A DNA stretch of 64,000 nt, from positions 12,957 to 76,956 of the forward strand of contig JAMCPL010000006.1 in the NCBI GenBank assembly GCA_023379675.1, read 5' to 3'. The DNA is from Actinomycetota bacterium (GTDB lineage Bacteria; Actinomycetota; Acidimicrobiia; Acidimicrobiales; JAMCPL01). The notes below the pieces were generated by a model that worked only from the letters and a program-made list of their open reading frames with translations, ran no database searches and had not been told where the DNA came from. Positions 39,816 to 49,863 of this stretch are shown piece by piece; positions within the stretch are counted from its first letter, which is position 1; each line of letters opens with the position of its first letter. The translations under genes and the position numbers were made by a program.

Positions 39816-40835
39816 ATGGCTGTACGTGTAGGCATCAATGGTTTTGGCAGGATCGGTCGTAGTTTCGTAAGGGCCGTGCATGTCCGTAACGCTGGCCTAG
39901 AGGTGGTAGCGGTCAACGATCTGGGAGATGAGCAGACCAATGCCCACTTGCTGAAATACGATTCTACGCAGGGTATCTTTTCCACTCCGGTTGACGTGGA
40001 TGGAGAGTACCTGGTTATAGGCGGCAACAGGGTAAGGGTACTCAAGGAGAGAGATCCGCAACGGTTGCCGTGGAAAGACCTAGGCGTGGACGTAGTGGTG
40101 GAGTCGACCGGACTCTTCACAAAGCGCGATGCTGCCGCATCCCATCTCGATGCCGGCGCGAGAAAGGTGGTGGTATCTGCACCATCCAGCGGGGCGGACA
40201 TTACCATCGTGATGGGAGTCAACGATTCCAGCTATGACCCTGCGGTGCATTCAGTGGTATCCAACGCTTCCTGTACCACCAACTGTTTTGTCCCAATGGT
40301 AAAGGTAATCGATGATGCATTCGGCATTTCAGGTGGTCTGATGACTACGGTGCATGCTTATACCAATGATCAGAATCTGCTCGATCTGGCTCACAAGGAT
40401 CTGCGTAGGGCCAGGGCTGCGGCGGTCAATATCGTGCCCACTTCCACCGGCGCCGCCAGAGCGACGAGTCTTGTCCTCGCCAACATGGCAGGCAAACTGG
40501 ACGGCATGTCCCTGAGGGTGCCGGTGCAGTGTGGGTCCATTACGGACCTTACGGCGCTCCTTAGCAAGGAAGTGGAGGCGGGTGATGTGAATGAGGCGTT
40601 CAATGCTGCATCAAAGAACGGACCGCTCCAGGGCGTGCTCCAGTATTCGGCAGACCCTATTGTATCGTCGGACATTGTCGGCAACCCGTCATCATGCATA
40701 TTCGATTCGCTGCTCACCCTTGCTGTGCCGGTTCCCGCGGGTACGCTGGTAAAGGTACAGGGATGGTATGACAACGAATGGGGCTATACCAACAGACTTG
40801 TCGATGTTGTGGAATTGCTGGGATCAGCTGCATAG
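39816..40835 (+). CDS. gap: glyceraldehyde-3-phosphate dehydrogenase
   Basis: INGFGRIGR, active-site SNASCTTN, and AGGAGG 5 nt upstream of the ATG at 39816. Confidence 0.95.
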   Translation: MAVRVGINGFGRIGRSFVRAVHVRNAGLEVVAVNDLGDEQTNAHLLKYDSTQGIFSTPVDVDGEYLVIGGNRVRVLKERDPQRLPWKDLGVDVVVESTGLFTKRDAAASHLDAGARKVVVSAPSSGADITIVMGVNDSSYDPAVHSVVSNASCTTNCFVPMVKVIDDAFGISGGLMTTVHAYTNDQNLLDLAHKDLRRARAAAVNIVPTSTGAARATSLVLANMAGKLDGMSLRVPVQCGSITDLTALLSKEVEAGDVNEAFNAASKNGPLQGVLQYSADPIVSSDIVGNPSSCIFDSLLTLAVPVPAGTLVKVQGWYDNEWGYTNRLVDVVELLGSAA

Positions 40836-40885
40836 AGGGCATAAGATAAGTATCACGGTGGGACGAGCATAGAGATGGATCGACA

Positions 40886-42052
40886 GTGCTGAGGATACCA
40901 TTACTCGAAGATTTGCCGGCTCCCACTGGCAAGACCGTGCTTGTCAGGGTGGACTTCAACGTTCCACTGGCGGCAACTGCAGATGACTCGAGAGTGGTGG
41001 CGGACGACTTCCGTATACGTGCCGCCCTTCCTACGCTCAACTGGCTCTTGGATCGGGGCGCTTCGGTCACTGCGTGTACGCATCTTGGTAGGCCAAAGGG
41101 CAAGGTGGATCCGAGGTACGACGTATCGCCGCTTAGGGTCGTGCTGGATGATTTGGGCTTGCCGGTGGTGCTCATGGAGAATCTACGCTTCGACCCTGGA
41201 GAAGAGGCCAATGATCCCGTATTCGTAGACAGGCTGGTATCTGGCTTCGACTTGTATGTGAACGATGCTTTCGGAGTTTGCCACCGTAGCCATGCAAGCG
41301 TGGTCGGACCGCCCTCCCGGTTGCCGTCAGCGGCGGGCAGGCTGGTCGAAAAGGAAGTCGAGGTATTGGGTCATCTGATTACTGAGCCGAAGCGCCCGTT
41401 TGTGGTAATACTTGGCGGCGCCAAAGTATCGGATAAGCTCGGCCTCGTGAGGTCGCTCGCCGCTCATGCCGACTACGTGCTGCTGGGTGGGGGCATGGCT
41501 TGTACTTTCATGGCTGCCAACGGCCTCGAAGTGGGGGATTCGCTGGTGGATGTCTCTGCAGGTGATGACTGCCGAGCGATACTGTCGGATCATGCAGCTA
41601 AGGTGTTGCTGCCTCTTGACAGCAAGGTTCTCATGCCTGGCAATTCAGTGGATGTGGTAAAAGGCTCCGTGCCGTCCGCTGGCCGGATACTCGACATAGG
41701 ACCTGAAACCAGTGAACTGTTTGGACAGCGCATAATGGAGGCGGAGACTGTGTTCTGGAACGGTCCTATGGGGATGTTCGAGGATGAGCGTTTTTCGACC
41801 GGTACGCGTTCGGTGGCGCAGTCCTTGGCGCAGTGCGAGGGTTTTACCGTGGTGGGTGGCGGGGACTCAGTAGCTGCTCTCGATGCTGCAGGGTTGTCCG
41901 GCAATGTGGGATTCCTATCCACCGGAGGGGGAGCTGCCCTCGAGTTGCTGGAGAAGGGTGACCTCCCAGGATTGGCTGCGCTCAGAGAGTCGATGGACTC
42001 CCGTGTGGCAGGCAGGAGTGCACCGTGGGAGGAAGAGTGGGGGCTGGCATGA
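40886..42052 (+). CDS. pgk: phosphoglycerate kinase
   Basis: RVDFNVPL, the HLGRPKG-type loop, and FLSTGGGAALELLEG. GTG start. Confidence 0.95.
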   Translation: MLRIPLLEDLPAPTGKTVLVRVDFNVPLAATADDSRVVADDFRIRAALPTLNWLLDRGASVTACTHLGRPKGKVDPRYDVSPLRVVLDDLGLPVVLMENLRFDPGEEANDPVFVDRLVSGFDLYVNDAFGVCHRSHASVVGPPSRLPSAAGRLVEKEVEVLGHLITEPKRPFVVILGGAKVSDKLGLVRSLAAHADYVLLGGGMACTFMAANGLEVGDSLVDVSAGDDCRAILSDHAAKVLLPLDSKVLMPGNSVDVVKGSVPSAGRILDIGPETSELFGQRIMEAETVFWNGPMGMFEDERFSTGTRSVAQSLAQCEGFTVVGGGDSVAALDAAGLSGNVGFLSTGGGAALELLEKGDLPGLAALRESMDSRVAGRSAPWEEEWGLA

Positions 42053-42831
42053 ATAAGCTGATCTGTGGCAACTGGAAGATGCATCATGACCACCTCCAAG
42101 CCGTGAGTACTCTTCAGGCACTGTCCCTCAGATTGCAGGCTGCCAACCTGTCGAAAGTGGAAGTCGTCGTTCACCCGCCTTTTGTCGATTTGAGGTCATG
42201 CCAGACTGTAATCGAGGATCGACACATTCCGGTATTGCTTGGTGCACAGAACTGCCATAGTGAGGATAGTGGTGCTTATACCGGGGAGGTGAGCCCTGCG
42301 ATGCTGGCCAAGCTGGCTGTGTCTTACGTCATCGTAGGCCACTCGGAGCGTAGGAGGCTGTTTCACGAGAGCGATGCCGATATTGCAGCCAAGGTACCGG
42401 CTGTTCTTCGTCACGGTATGACTCCGATTGTGTGCGTAGGGGAGGACGAGCAGGAAAGAGACGAGGGCAGGACCATGGAGCGGCTGGAGTCCCAGGCGAG
42501 CATCTCCCTGTCGAAGGTGAAGAAGGCCGGCATCCCTTCGGTGGTATTTGCATACGAGCCGTTGTGGGCCATAGGTAGCGGGAATCCCGCCACCATCGAG
42601 GATGCTTCAAGTGCTCGAGAGGCTATAGCGGGGGCCGTGGCATGTGCATCTCGTGGAGCCGCCGTGGAGGAAGGTTCCGGCACGAGAGTGCTTTACGGAG
42701 GATCCGTGGTACCTGACAATGCCGCTGACTTTGTAAAGAAAGGTGGCATGGACGGGTTGCTCGTCGGTGGCGCCAGCCTATCGCCGGAGAGCTTTGCGGC
42801 TATAGTGGAAGCTGTAGCCGCCGTATCGTAA
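42049..42831 (+). CDS. tpiA: triosephosphate isomerase
   Basis: GNWKMH, VGHSERR and AYEPLWAIGSG. Its ATG overlaps the pgk stop (ATGA). Confidence 0.9.
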   Translation: MNKLICGNWKMHHDHLQAVSTLQALSLRLQAANLSKVEVVVHPPFVDLRSCQTVIEDRHIPVLLGAQNCHSEDSGAYTGEVSPAMLAKLAVSYVIVGHSERRRLFHESDADIAAKVPAVLRHGMTPIVCVGEDEQERDEGRTMERLESQASISLSKVKKAGIPSVVFAYEPLWAIGSGNPATIEDASSAREAIAGAVACASRGAAVEEGSGTRVLYGGSVVPDNAADFVKKGGMDGLLVGGASLSPESFAAIVEAVAAVS

Positions 42832-43152
42832 CGATCCATTCCAGTACACATCGTTACGCATAAGCCGGACGGAGCGGTTCTGGTCAGCGCCGGTTCATCC
42901 CACGCCTGTTCGATGGCTAACGATGTGCGTACTCGGTGCTTACCAGGTGTGTATCGGTGTGGAACGGATACGTGTGCGGGAGTCCGCGCGTGGTGGTGTT
43001 GGGCAACCTCTCCAGGTTTTATCCGTGATGGATAAGGGGAGAGCGCGTGTGATAGTTTTAAAACCGGTGCTGGCGCTAGTGGCGTTTCGGCGGCGTGAGT
43101 CGTGGCACCGGAAATGAAATTTTGTAGTCTGGCTGCCTTTCAGGAGGAGACA

Positions 43153-43380
43153 TTGCTTACTGATATTTATGTAGTGATCCAGGTAATAGCGTCGCTGTTG
43201 CTTGTAGTGCTGATATTATTGCATTCCGGTAAGGGTGGTGGTCTTTCGGATATGTTCGGGGCCGGTGGCCAGGCATCATCGGGATCCACGGTGGCCGAGA
43301 AAAATCTGGACCGCATTACCATTACCGTGGCCTTGATATTCACGTTTACCACCGTCACCCTGGCTCTACGTATGTCGTGA
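43153..43380 (+). CDS. secG: preprotein translocase subunit SecG
   Basis: LLVVLILLHSGKGGGLSDMFG signature. A TTG start 4 nt after AGGAGGA gives the usual length of about 75 aa. The longer ORF from 43102 is the alternative. Confidence 0.75.
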   Translation: MLTDIYVVIQVIASLLLVVLILLHSGKGGGLSDMFGAGGQASSGSTVAEKNLDRITITVALIFTFTTVTLALRMS

Positions 43381-43480
43381 GAAATGCAGGTCGGCATGCG
43401 AGGCACGTGCACTACTTGATCTACATATCGGCTGGGTGCACTGCTTGGTTCCCATGCCGGCAGGTTCACATGTTGGCTGG

Positions 43481-45352
43481 TCAGTCCAGGCTCTCGATAA
43501 TTTCCTCGGATATGGCTGCATCCACATCGCTGCGACCAGCTGGATCGTAAACGGTCGCGAGACCATCTCGTGCTGTATCACGCCGCAGTATGGCAGCGTC
43601 ATGGACAGCCGCCAAACTTTCCGCTGCTCCATGATGGACGTAGCGTTCTCCGCGCATCCAGGACGCGGCGGCGGCTATCAGGCTCATTCCAGCAGCAAAC
43701 AGGAATATTATGATCAGCCCGTGCTTGAACGGTCCTGCCATCAGCGACGGGAAGAAAGCATGGCCTGTCAGCTTTGCGACCGTCGAGGCCGGCAGTCTGT
43801 GCAGTGCTGGTCCCAGCAGGGTCTTGAGAGGATTGTAACCGAGCATCGCAGAGAACAGGTAACCTATCGGTGGGCCTGAGGATATCTGGTGCGCCAGCTG
43901 CGCCGGCAGTCCATTTGCCGCCAGGCCGTTGAAGAGGGAGTGCGGTACGCTCCCGGCAAGTCCCAGTGCCATCAGGGAAAAGAATATGCCTATGGACAAA
44001 GGCATGCCCGCATTGAAGAATGTCACTCTCATACCAGATGCAGCGCCCCGTTCCTCAGGCGGGACGGAGTTCATTATGCCGGCGGTATTGGGCGAGACAA
44101 ACATTCCCATGGCGAGGCCGTCCACGAAGATGATCGCAGCAAACAGGGGATAAGGGAAGTTGACCGGCAGGATGGTGAGTAGGACGAAATTGATTGCAGC
44201 GACGAGCATGCCGCCAGTGGCGAACGGCCTGGCTCCGAACCTGTCCGACAGGTATCCGGACAGTGGGCCGGACAGCAGGAATCCGCCTGTCATTGGCAGC
44301 AGGAATATTCCAGCCCATAGTGGTGTATTGCTGAAGCTGTATCCGTGTAGGGGGAGCCACACTCCCTGAAGCCATATGATCATCATGAACATCAGCCCTC
44401 CTCTACCTATAGCGGCAAGCAGGCTGGCCAGGTTACCGGCCGTGAATGCTCTTATGCGGAAGAGGGAGAGCTTGAACATCGGGGATGCCACATGGGATTC
44501 GACTATGCCGAAGATGATCAGCAGGAGGATGCCGCTTCCGATGCATCCAAGCACGAATGGATTGGTCCATCCCATGACATGACCTCCGTATGGCCTTATC
44601 CCGTAGGTAATTCCCACCAATATCCCCGTCAGACCAAATGCAAAAGTCGCATTGCCCATCCAGTCGAGTTTTACTTTTGTACGTATGCCGATTTCCTTCA
44701 GGCTTACGTATGCCCATACGGTGCCGATTATCCCGATGGGGACATTCATCAGAAATACCCAACGCCAATCGATTGTTGCCAGGAATCCTCCGGCGAGCAA
44801 CCCGATGAACGATCCGGCCATCGCTGCGATCATGTTCACTCCCAATGCCATGCCTCGCTGGCTGGCGGGAAAGGCATCAGTGATGATGGCAACCGAGTTG
44901 GACATGAGGAATGCCGCGCCTATGCCCTGTACAAGACGGATGATGATTATCTCCAGAGCACCCGCTGAACCGTGGCTCCACACTGCGGAGAGCCCGATGG
45001 ATCCGGCGGTGAAGACGGCAAAGCCGATGTTGTATATTCGTACTCGACCGTAGATGTCACCAATCTTGCCGACGGTCACTACCAGCACGGCAGTGATGAG
45101 CAGGTACCCCATGAGGATCCACAACAGGTACGTAAAGTTTGCGGGATTGAGCGGGTTGAGCTTGATGCCTCTGAATATTGCAGGGAGCGCTATGATGAGG
45201 CTGGAGGCGTTGATGGTGGCCATGAGCACGCCAAGGGTGGTGTTGGACAGTACCAGCCACTTGTAACGCGGGCCGACCACTGTCCCACGTCCATCATCAG
45301 CAGGCGAGTTATGCTTGCTCGATGTCTTATTTACACTTGTACTTAATGCCAT
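43481..45352 (-). CDS. MFS transporter, DHA2 (14-TMS drug:H+ antiporter) type
   Basis: 623 aa with about 14 hydrophobic segments and a GKIGDIYGRVRIY-type motif A region. Confidence 0.85.
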   Translation of the reverse strand: MALSTSVNKTSSKHNSPADDGRGTVVGPRYKWLVLSNTTLGVLMATINASSLIIALPAIFRGIKLNPLNPANFTYLLWILMGYLLITAVLVVTVGKIGDIYGRVRIYNIGFAVFTAGSIGLSAVWSHGSAGALEIIIIRLVQGIGAAFLMSNSVAIITDAFPASQRGMALGVNMIAAMAGSFIGLLAGGFLATIDWRWVFLMNVPIGIIGTVWAYVSLKEIGIRTKVKLDWMGNATFAFGLTGILVGITYGIRPYGGHVMGWTNPFVLGCIGSGILLLIIFGIVESHVASPMFKLSLFRIRAFTAGNLASLLAAIGRGGLMFMMIIWLQGVWLPLHGYSFSNTPLWAGIFLLPMTGGFLLSGPLSGYLSDRFGARPFATGGMLVAAINFVLLTILPVNFPYPLFAAIIFVDGLAMGMFVSPNTAGIMNSVPPEERGAASGMRVTFFNAGMPLSIGIFFSLMALGLAGSVPHSLFNGLAANGLPAQLAHQISSGPPIGYLFSAMLGYNPLKTLLGPALHRLPASTVAKLTGHAFFPSLMAGPFKHGLIIIFLFAAGMSLIAAAASWMRGERYVHHGAAESLAAVHDAAILRRDTARDGLATVYDPAGRSDVDAAISEEIIESLD

Positions 45353-45873
45353 TTGCAGTCCTTTCCAAGTCGATACGGTGCGTCGTGTCGACCGCGTGTA
45401 GGGAGTATTGGCATTAGTCTAGCATGCCACAAGTGTTTTATGATCAAAATTAATGGTCCGGCGATGGACTCCGATGTGGCACTGACCGCCTAGTTCTCTG
45501 CAAGCCCCATCGCCTGACCGTTGACGCGCCAAAGGCTCGTGATGAGCTTGGTAGGCAGCAGGACATCGTGGTGCACGCGGCGTCGGGGGATTACAGGTAG
45601 TGAGTCCCGCAGGCGCGAAAGCGCTGCGGACGCGTGAAGAGTCGGCTTGCGTTGGAACTGCTCGTGGCGAACATCCAAAAACCTGTTCCACACAACGGGT
45701 GTCAGCCAGTCTCATTGGTATTGACTGGTGTGTACGTATCTCCAGTGATCGGGACCTTGTAGGTGAACTGGTCAACAGAGAGGTTCGTGATGTAGCCCGA
45801 GGCTGTGGACACAAGGCAAGCCGGAATGTGGATCAGGCCCAATCCTATCCGGAACAGTAAAAAGCGCCGGCCT

Positions 45874-46251
45874 CTAATGGATCTTTGCAAGAAAGGAATC
45901 GGCATCCACCACAACCCTCGTGATGATACCGGCGCAAATTGTTCCTGGTTCGCCGTAGGCCTTTACTGAAAAAGTGAGTCTCCGGCCTTCGACCTTTTCA
46001 AGAGTGGCTTCTGCTATGATATCCGATCCGATTTTGACGGGCGCTACGTGGTCCATCTGTATCCTGAGTCCCACAGATGTCCTGCCTGGTGGCAACAGCG
46101 GGTCGACGGCCTTGCATGCTGCTTCCTCGCAGAGCGCTACGAGACGCGGCGTGGCGAGGACCGCGACGCTACCGGATCTGAAGTGCGTGGCGGTGTCATC
46201 TTCTCCAACATGTAGCTTGACTGTTTTATGGAGGCCGGGCTCGAGTGCCAT
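45874..46251 (-). CDS. hotdog-fold thioesterase family protein
   Basis: 125 aa from MALEPGLHK with HFRSGSVAVLATPRLVALCEEA...VGLRIQMDHVAP. The upstream part of the 220-aa ORF is antisense to tldD and not credible. Confidence 0.7.
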   Translation of the reverse strand: MALEPGLHKTVKLHVGEDDTATHFRSGSVAVLATPRLVALCEEAACKAVDPLLPPGRTSVGLRIQMDHVAPVKIGSDIIAEATLEKVEGRRLTFSVKAYGEPGTICAGIITRVVVDADSFLAKIH

Positions 46252-46348
46252 AGGCACTAGACTAACCCAAAAGAGCGGGCAGGTGAAAAGTTCGCCCGCG
46301 TGGAAGTCTAACCAAGGGATTGGCCTGGATTGGAGACGAGTAATACTT

Positions 46349-47746
46349 ATGCTGATTGACCCAGAAGTACTGGATAGAGTTATCGACCATGCTCTACGAA
46401 ATGGCGGGGAGTTCGCAGAGGTCTTCGCAGAGGACAGGACCTCGATGTCAGCCGTGCTGGATGACCGGAAGGTCGAAGAACTGGTGACCGGAACCAGCCG
46501 TGGCGCGGGGGTAAGGGTCATCTCTGGCGAAACCACGGGGTATGCTCATACGGCAGATTTGTCTGAGTCAGGACTGATGAAGGCGGCAGAGGTGGCTTCC
46601 GCTGCATCTCGGAACGGATCAGAGCAGGGCCACATCAGGCAGGTTGCCCTTGAGGAAGCCGTCGCCTCAAACCCCTCCATCGTTCATGTCGATCCATCAG
46701 AGGTGGCCAAGTCCCGGAAGATAGACCTGCTGGCAAGGGCTGATGACGCAGCCAGGGCTGGGCGGGATCCCATTACGCAGGTGAGTGCATCCTATGGTGA
46801 ATCCAAGAGGGCGATCCTGGTGGCGTCAAGCGGTGGCAGGTTGGTGGAAGATGATCAGGTACGTACTCGCTTTTCGGTGTCTTGCATAGCGCTGGGCGAC
46901 GGAGGCATGCAGACCGGGTACGAGACCGCAGCGAGAACTACCGGGTTCGAATTGTTCGATGACGTTGAAGTGGAAGACCTGGCTGCAAAGGCCGCCACCA
47001 GAGCTGTCACCAAACTGTCCGCCAGGCCGGCGCCTTCAGGAGAGCTGACCGTGGTGCTTGCCTCGGGCGGCGGCGGAGTGCTCTTTCATGAGGCATGTGG
47101 GCATGGGCTCGAGGCGGATCATATAGCAAAAGATTCCTCGGTCTATGTTGGCAAGGTTGGCGAGCAGGTGGCGGGATCTCTGGTGACGCTGGTGGATGAC
47201 GGGACTCTCGGCGGCGAATGGGGCAGTTATGGCATTGATGACGAGGGCAATCTTCCAGGTCGTAATGTGCTCATAGAGAATGGTGTGCTTGGTGACTACA
47301 TGTGGGATGTAGAGAGGGGGAGGAAAGCCGGCAGGAACTCCTCGGGAAACGGGCGTCGCCAATCATATAGACATCTCCCCATGGTCAGGATGACCAACAC
47401 CTTCATATTGCCAGGGCAGGATGATCCTGATGAGATAGTGGCTCAGACCCCATACGGGATATTCGTCGCGCAGCTTGGTGGGGGGCAGGTGAATATCACT
47501 ACGGGAGATTTCGTGTTCGGCATGACTGAGGCTTATCTCATCGAGGACGGGAAGATCACCGCGCCACTGAGGGACGCCAACCTGATCGGCAATGGTCCGG
47601 AAGTACTGATGAGGATTGATGCTGTTGCCAATGATTTTGGCGTGATGCCGGGCACATGCGGGAAAGATGGGCAGAGCGTACCTGTGGGGTGCGGCCAGCC
47701 TACGCTGCGGATCCAAGGTGTTACCGTCGGCGGGACCGCCGGGTAA
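46349..47746 (+). CDS. tldD: metalloprotease TldD
   Basis: The start MLIDPEVLDRVIDHAL is at 46349. HEACGHGLEAD metal site and C-terminal CGKDGQSVPVGCGQPTLRI. Confidence 0.9.
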   Translation: MLIDPEVLDRVIDHALRNGGEFAEVFAEDRTSMSAVLDDRKVEELVTGTSRGAGVRVISGETTGYAHTADLSESGLMKAAEVASAASRNGSEQGHIRQVALEEAVASNPSIVHVDPSEVAKSRKIDLLARADDAARAGRDPITQVSASYGESKRAILVASSGGRLVEDDQVRTRFSVSCIALGDGGMQTGYETAARTTGFELFDDVEVEDLAAKAATRAVTKLSARPAPSGELTVVLASGGGGVLFHEACGHGLEADHIAKDSSVYVGKVGEQVAGSLVTLVDDGTLGGEWGSYGIDDEGNLPGRNVLIENGVLGDYMWDVERGRKAGRNSSGNGRRQSYRHLPMVRMTNTFILPGQDDPDEIVAQTPYGIFVAQLGGGQVNITTGDFVFGMTEAYLIEDGKITAPLRDANLIGNGPEVLMRIDAVANDFGVMPGTCGKDGQSVPVGCGQPTLRIQGVTVGGTAG

Positions 47747-47785
47747 AGGTTTTCCCGTTTTAATATTCGAGCGAAAGGATGAGCG

Positions 47786-49303
47786 ATGGAAGGCGATTTA
47801 CTTGATATAGCGAAACGCGTGGCGGGAATGGCCCAGCGGGGAGAGCAGGTGGAGGCTTACGTGTCCCGGAATGTATCGACCGAGGTCCGGGCCTACAACG
47901 GTGAGTTGGAGCATCTCGTATCGGCGTCGTCAGATGGTGTCGGGATACGTGTGATTGCCGGCGAAAGGCAGGGTTTTGCCTATACGGGGTACCTGAGTGA
48001 TGACTCCATTGCTGTTACGCTGGCCCAGGCCCGTGAGAATGCGGTCTTCGCAACTGCCGACGCAAGCGTTTCGATGGCTGAGCCGGATGGCATAGCGGCG
48101 GTGGAGATGGATCTCCTTGACAGTGGCCTAGACTCGGTGAGCACAGAGGCAAAGGTGGATCTTGCCCTGGAACTGGAGAGATCGGCACGGCACGGTCACC
48201 GCCAGATCAGGCAGGTCGACTCGGCGGATTATGCTGACGTGATATCGCAGGAGGCGGTGGCCAATTCAGAAGGTATAGCCGCTTACAGCGAACACAGCTA
48301 TTGTGAAGTTTCGGTGTCCGTGATTGCCGGTGAGGGGTCACAGTCGCAGAGCGGTTCCGGCTTTTCTGTAGCCAGGGGTTTTGATGGACTTGATCTGGAG
48401 AAGGCTGCAGGCGATGCCGTGCATCGTGCTGTGCGCTTACTGGGGGCGGGGAAACCTGCCACGGCTGGATATACGGTCGTGTTCGATCCGCGCGTTACGG
48501 CAACTTTGCTCAGTGTCGTTTCTACGGCACTCTCTGGTGAAGCCGTCACCAAGGGTAGGTCATTCCTTGCGGGCAGGGTGGGCGAGCAGGTGATGGTAGC
48601 CGGTGCATTAGTTGTGGACGATCCTACCGATGCCAGGGCACTGTCAGCTGACTCCTATGATGCAGAGGGCCTGGCGTCGAGGCGCATTGTCCTGGTGGAG
48701 GATGGGAGATTGCTAGGCTATGTTTACGATTCCACATCGGGAGCCAGGGCGGGACATGCCTCAACTGGTTCGGCAGTCCGTTCAGGGTTTGCGTCGACAC
48801 CGGTTGCGGCATGCAGGGCGGTCGTCCTTTCGGCAGGTGGAAGCTCTGGTACCGACGGCAATGTCCAGGTCAGCAATTCTGGGCCTGGAGGCGTTGCGTC
48901 TGGCGGCGTTGCCCGGGGCGATCACTTCGGCGCCGTCACCAGTGCTCGCAATAGCGGAACAGTGGGTGGGGACCTGGGGGACAGGAAGCCCGGCCAAAAT
49001 GGTACTTCTGGTTACGGCGCAGGCGAGATAATCAGCGCAGTTGGTGACGGGGTGTATGTGCAGTCGGTCACGGGCATGCATTCAGGGGTGAACCCGGTAA
49101 GCGGCGACTTCTCAGTAGGGGTGGAGGGCCTGATGATCCGGGGCGGCGAGTTGGCCGAGCCAATACGCGAAGCCACCGTGGCATCCACGCTTCAGAGGAT
49201 GCTCCTGTCCATCGTGGGGATAGGGTCTGATGTGGAATGGTTGCCCGCCAACGCAGCCGGCCAAACTATTGCAATCAGTGGAATGATGCTGTCAGGAAAC
49301 TGA
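47786..49303 (+). CDS. pmbA: TldD partner protein PmbA/TldE
   Basis: PmbA_TldD fold with GMHSGVNPVSGDFSVG near the C-terminus. A roughly 60-aa Gly/Ser-rich insertion is present. Confidence 0.85.
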   Translation: MEGDLLDIAKRVAGMAQRGEQVEAYVSRNVSTEVRAYNGELEHLVSASSDGVGIRVIAGERQGFAYTGYLSDDSIAVTLAQARENAVFATADASVSMAEPDGIAAVEMDLLDSGLDSVSTEAKVDLALELERSARHGHRQIRQVDSADYADVISQEAVANSEGIAAYSEHSYCEVSVSVIAGEGSQSQSGSGFSVARGFDGLDLEKAAGDAVHRAVRLLGAGKPATAGYTVVFDPRVTATLLSVVSTALSGEAVTKGRSFLAGRVGEQVMVAGALVVDDPTDARALSADSYDAEGLASRRIVLVEDGRLLGYVYDSTSGARAGHASTGSAVRSGFASTPVAACRAVVLSAGGSSGTDGNVQVSNSGPGGVASGGVARGDHFGAVTSARNSGTVGGDLGDRKPGQNGTSGYGAGEIISAVGDGVYVQSVTGMHSGVNPVSGDFSVGVEGLMIRGGELAEPIREATVASTLQRMLLSIVGIGSDVEWLPANAAGQTIAISGMMLSGN

Positions 49304-49351
49304 GAGTCTCGGGTTGCTGGTACCTGGTACCTGGAAGGCAGAGCTGCTGGG

Positions 49352-49747
49352 TCAAGTGGACGAGGCGGCCTTGGTGGAGGACGCAGGGGCCGAGCCCGAA
49401 GATGCCGAGCCGGAGGCTTCGGCTGTCTTGGATATTGAAACCGTGGAAGCGCCGGTTCCGCCCCTGTCGGCTTCCTTGGTTGAACTCCCTCCTGAACTCC
49501 CTTCTCCAGAAGCGCCGCTCTCGCCGCCAGCGCCGCTCTTGGCGGCCACTTTGGACGACTTCGCCTTTGATGTGCGGTTGTCGGTCTTATAGAAGCCGCT
49601 TCCCTTGAAGACGATGCCTATTGACCCGAAGACCTTGCGTAGATGTCCTCCACATGATGGGCACGTAGCCAATGAATCGTCCTTGAAGGACTGGACGATT
49701 TCCAGGTGTTCACCACACTTGTTGCATGTATATTCGTACGTCGGCAT
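49352..49747 (-). CDS. FmdB-family zinc-ribbon protein with low-complexity tail
   Basis: MPTYEYTCNKCGEHLEIVQSFKDDSLATCPSCGGHLRKVF (CxxC...CxxC). Confidence 0.8.
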   Translation of the reverse strand: MPTYEYTCNKCGEHLEIVQSFKDDSLATCPSCGGHLRKVFGSIGIVFKGSGFYKTDNRTSKAKSSKVAAKSGAGGESGASGEGSSGGSSTKEADRGGTGASTVSISKTAEASGSASSGSAPASSTKAASST

Positions 49748-49863
49748 AGATAACTATTTTAGCAGGAACGGGAATGCATGGTTGTTGCAAGGTTTCTGTT
49801 GTTTCTTTACTGGTCTCTCTGCTGTTAGCAGCGGGTGGCGGAGCCCATCATCCGCTGAGCCTC

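Noticed and set aside
45353-45914. Three overlapping ORFs (131, 67-86 and 70 aa) in the 520-nt gap between the DHA2 transporter and the thioesterase
   Set aside because: None has a convincing ribosome-binding site, start codon or motif. One frame (GLIHIPACLVSTASGYITNLSVDQFTYKVPITG...) looks protein-like but lacks a usable start, so it may be a gene remnant. Left unannotated.
45974-46348. 125-aa N-terminal extension of the tldD ORF
   Set aside because: It is antisense to the thioesterase gene. The TldD family N-terminus starts at the Met at 46349.
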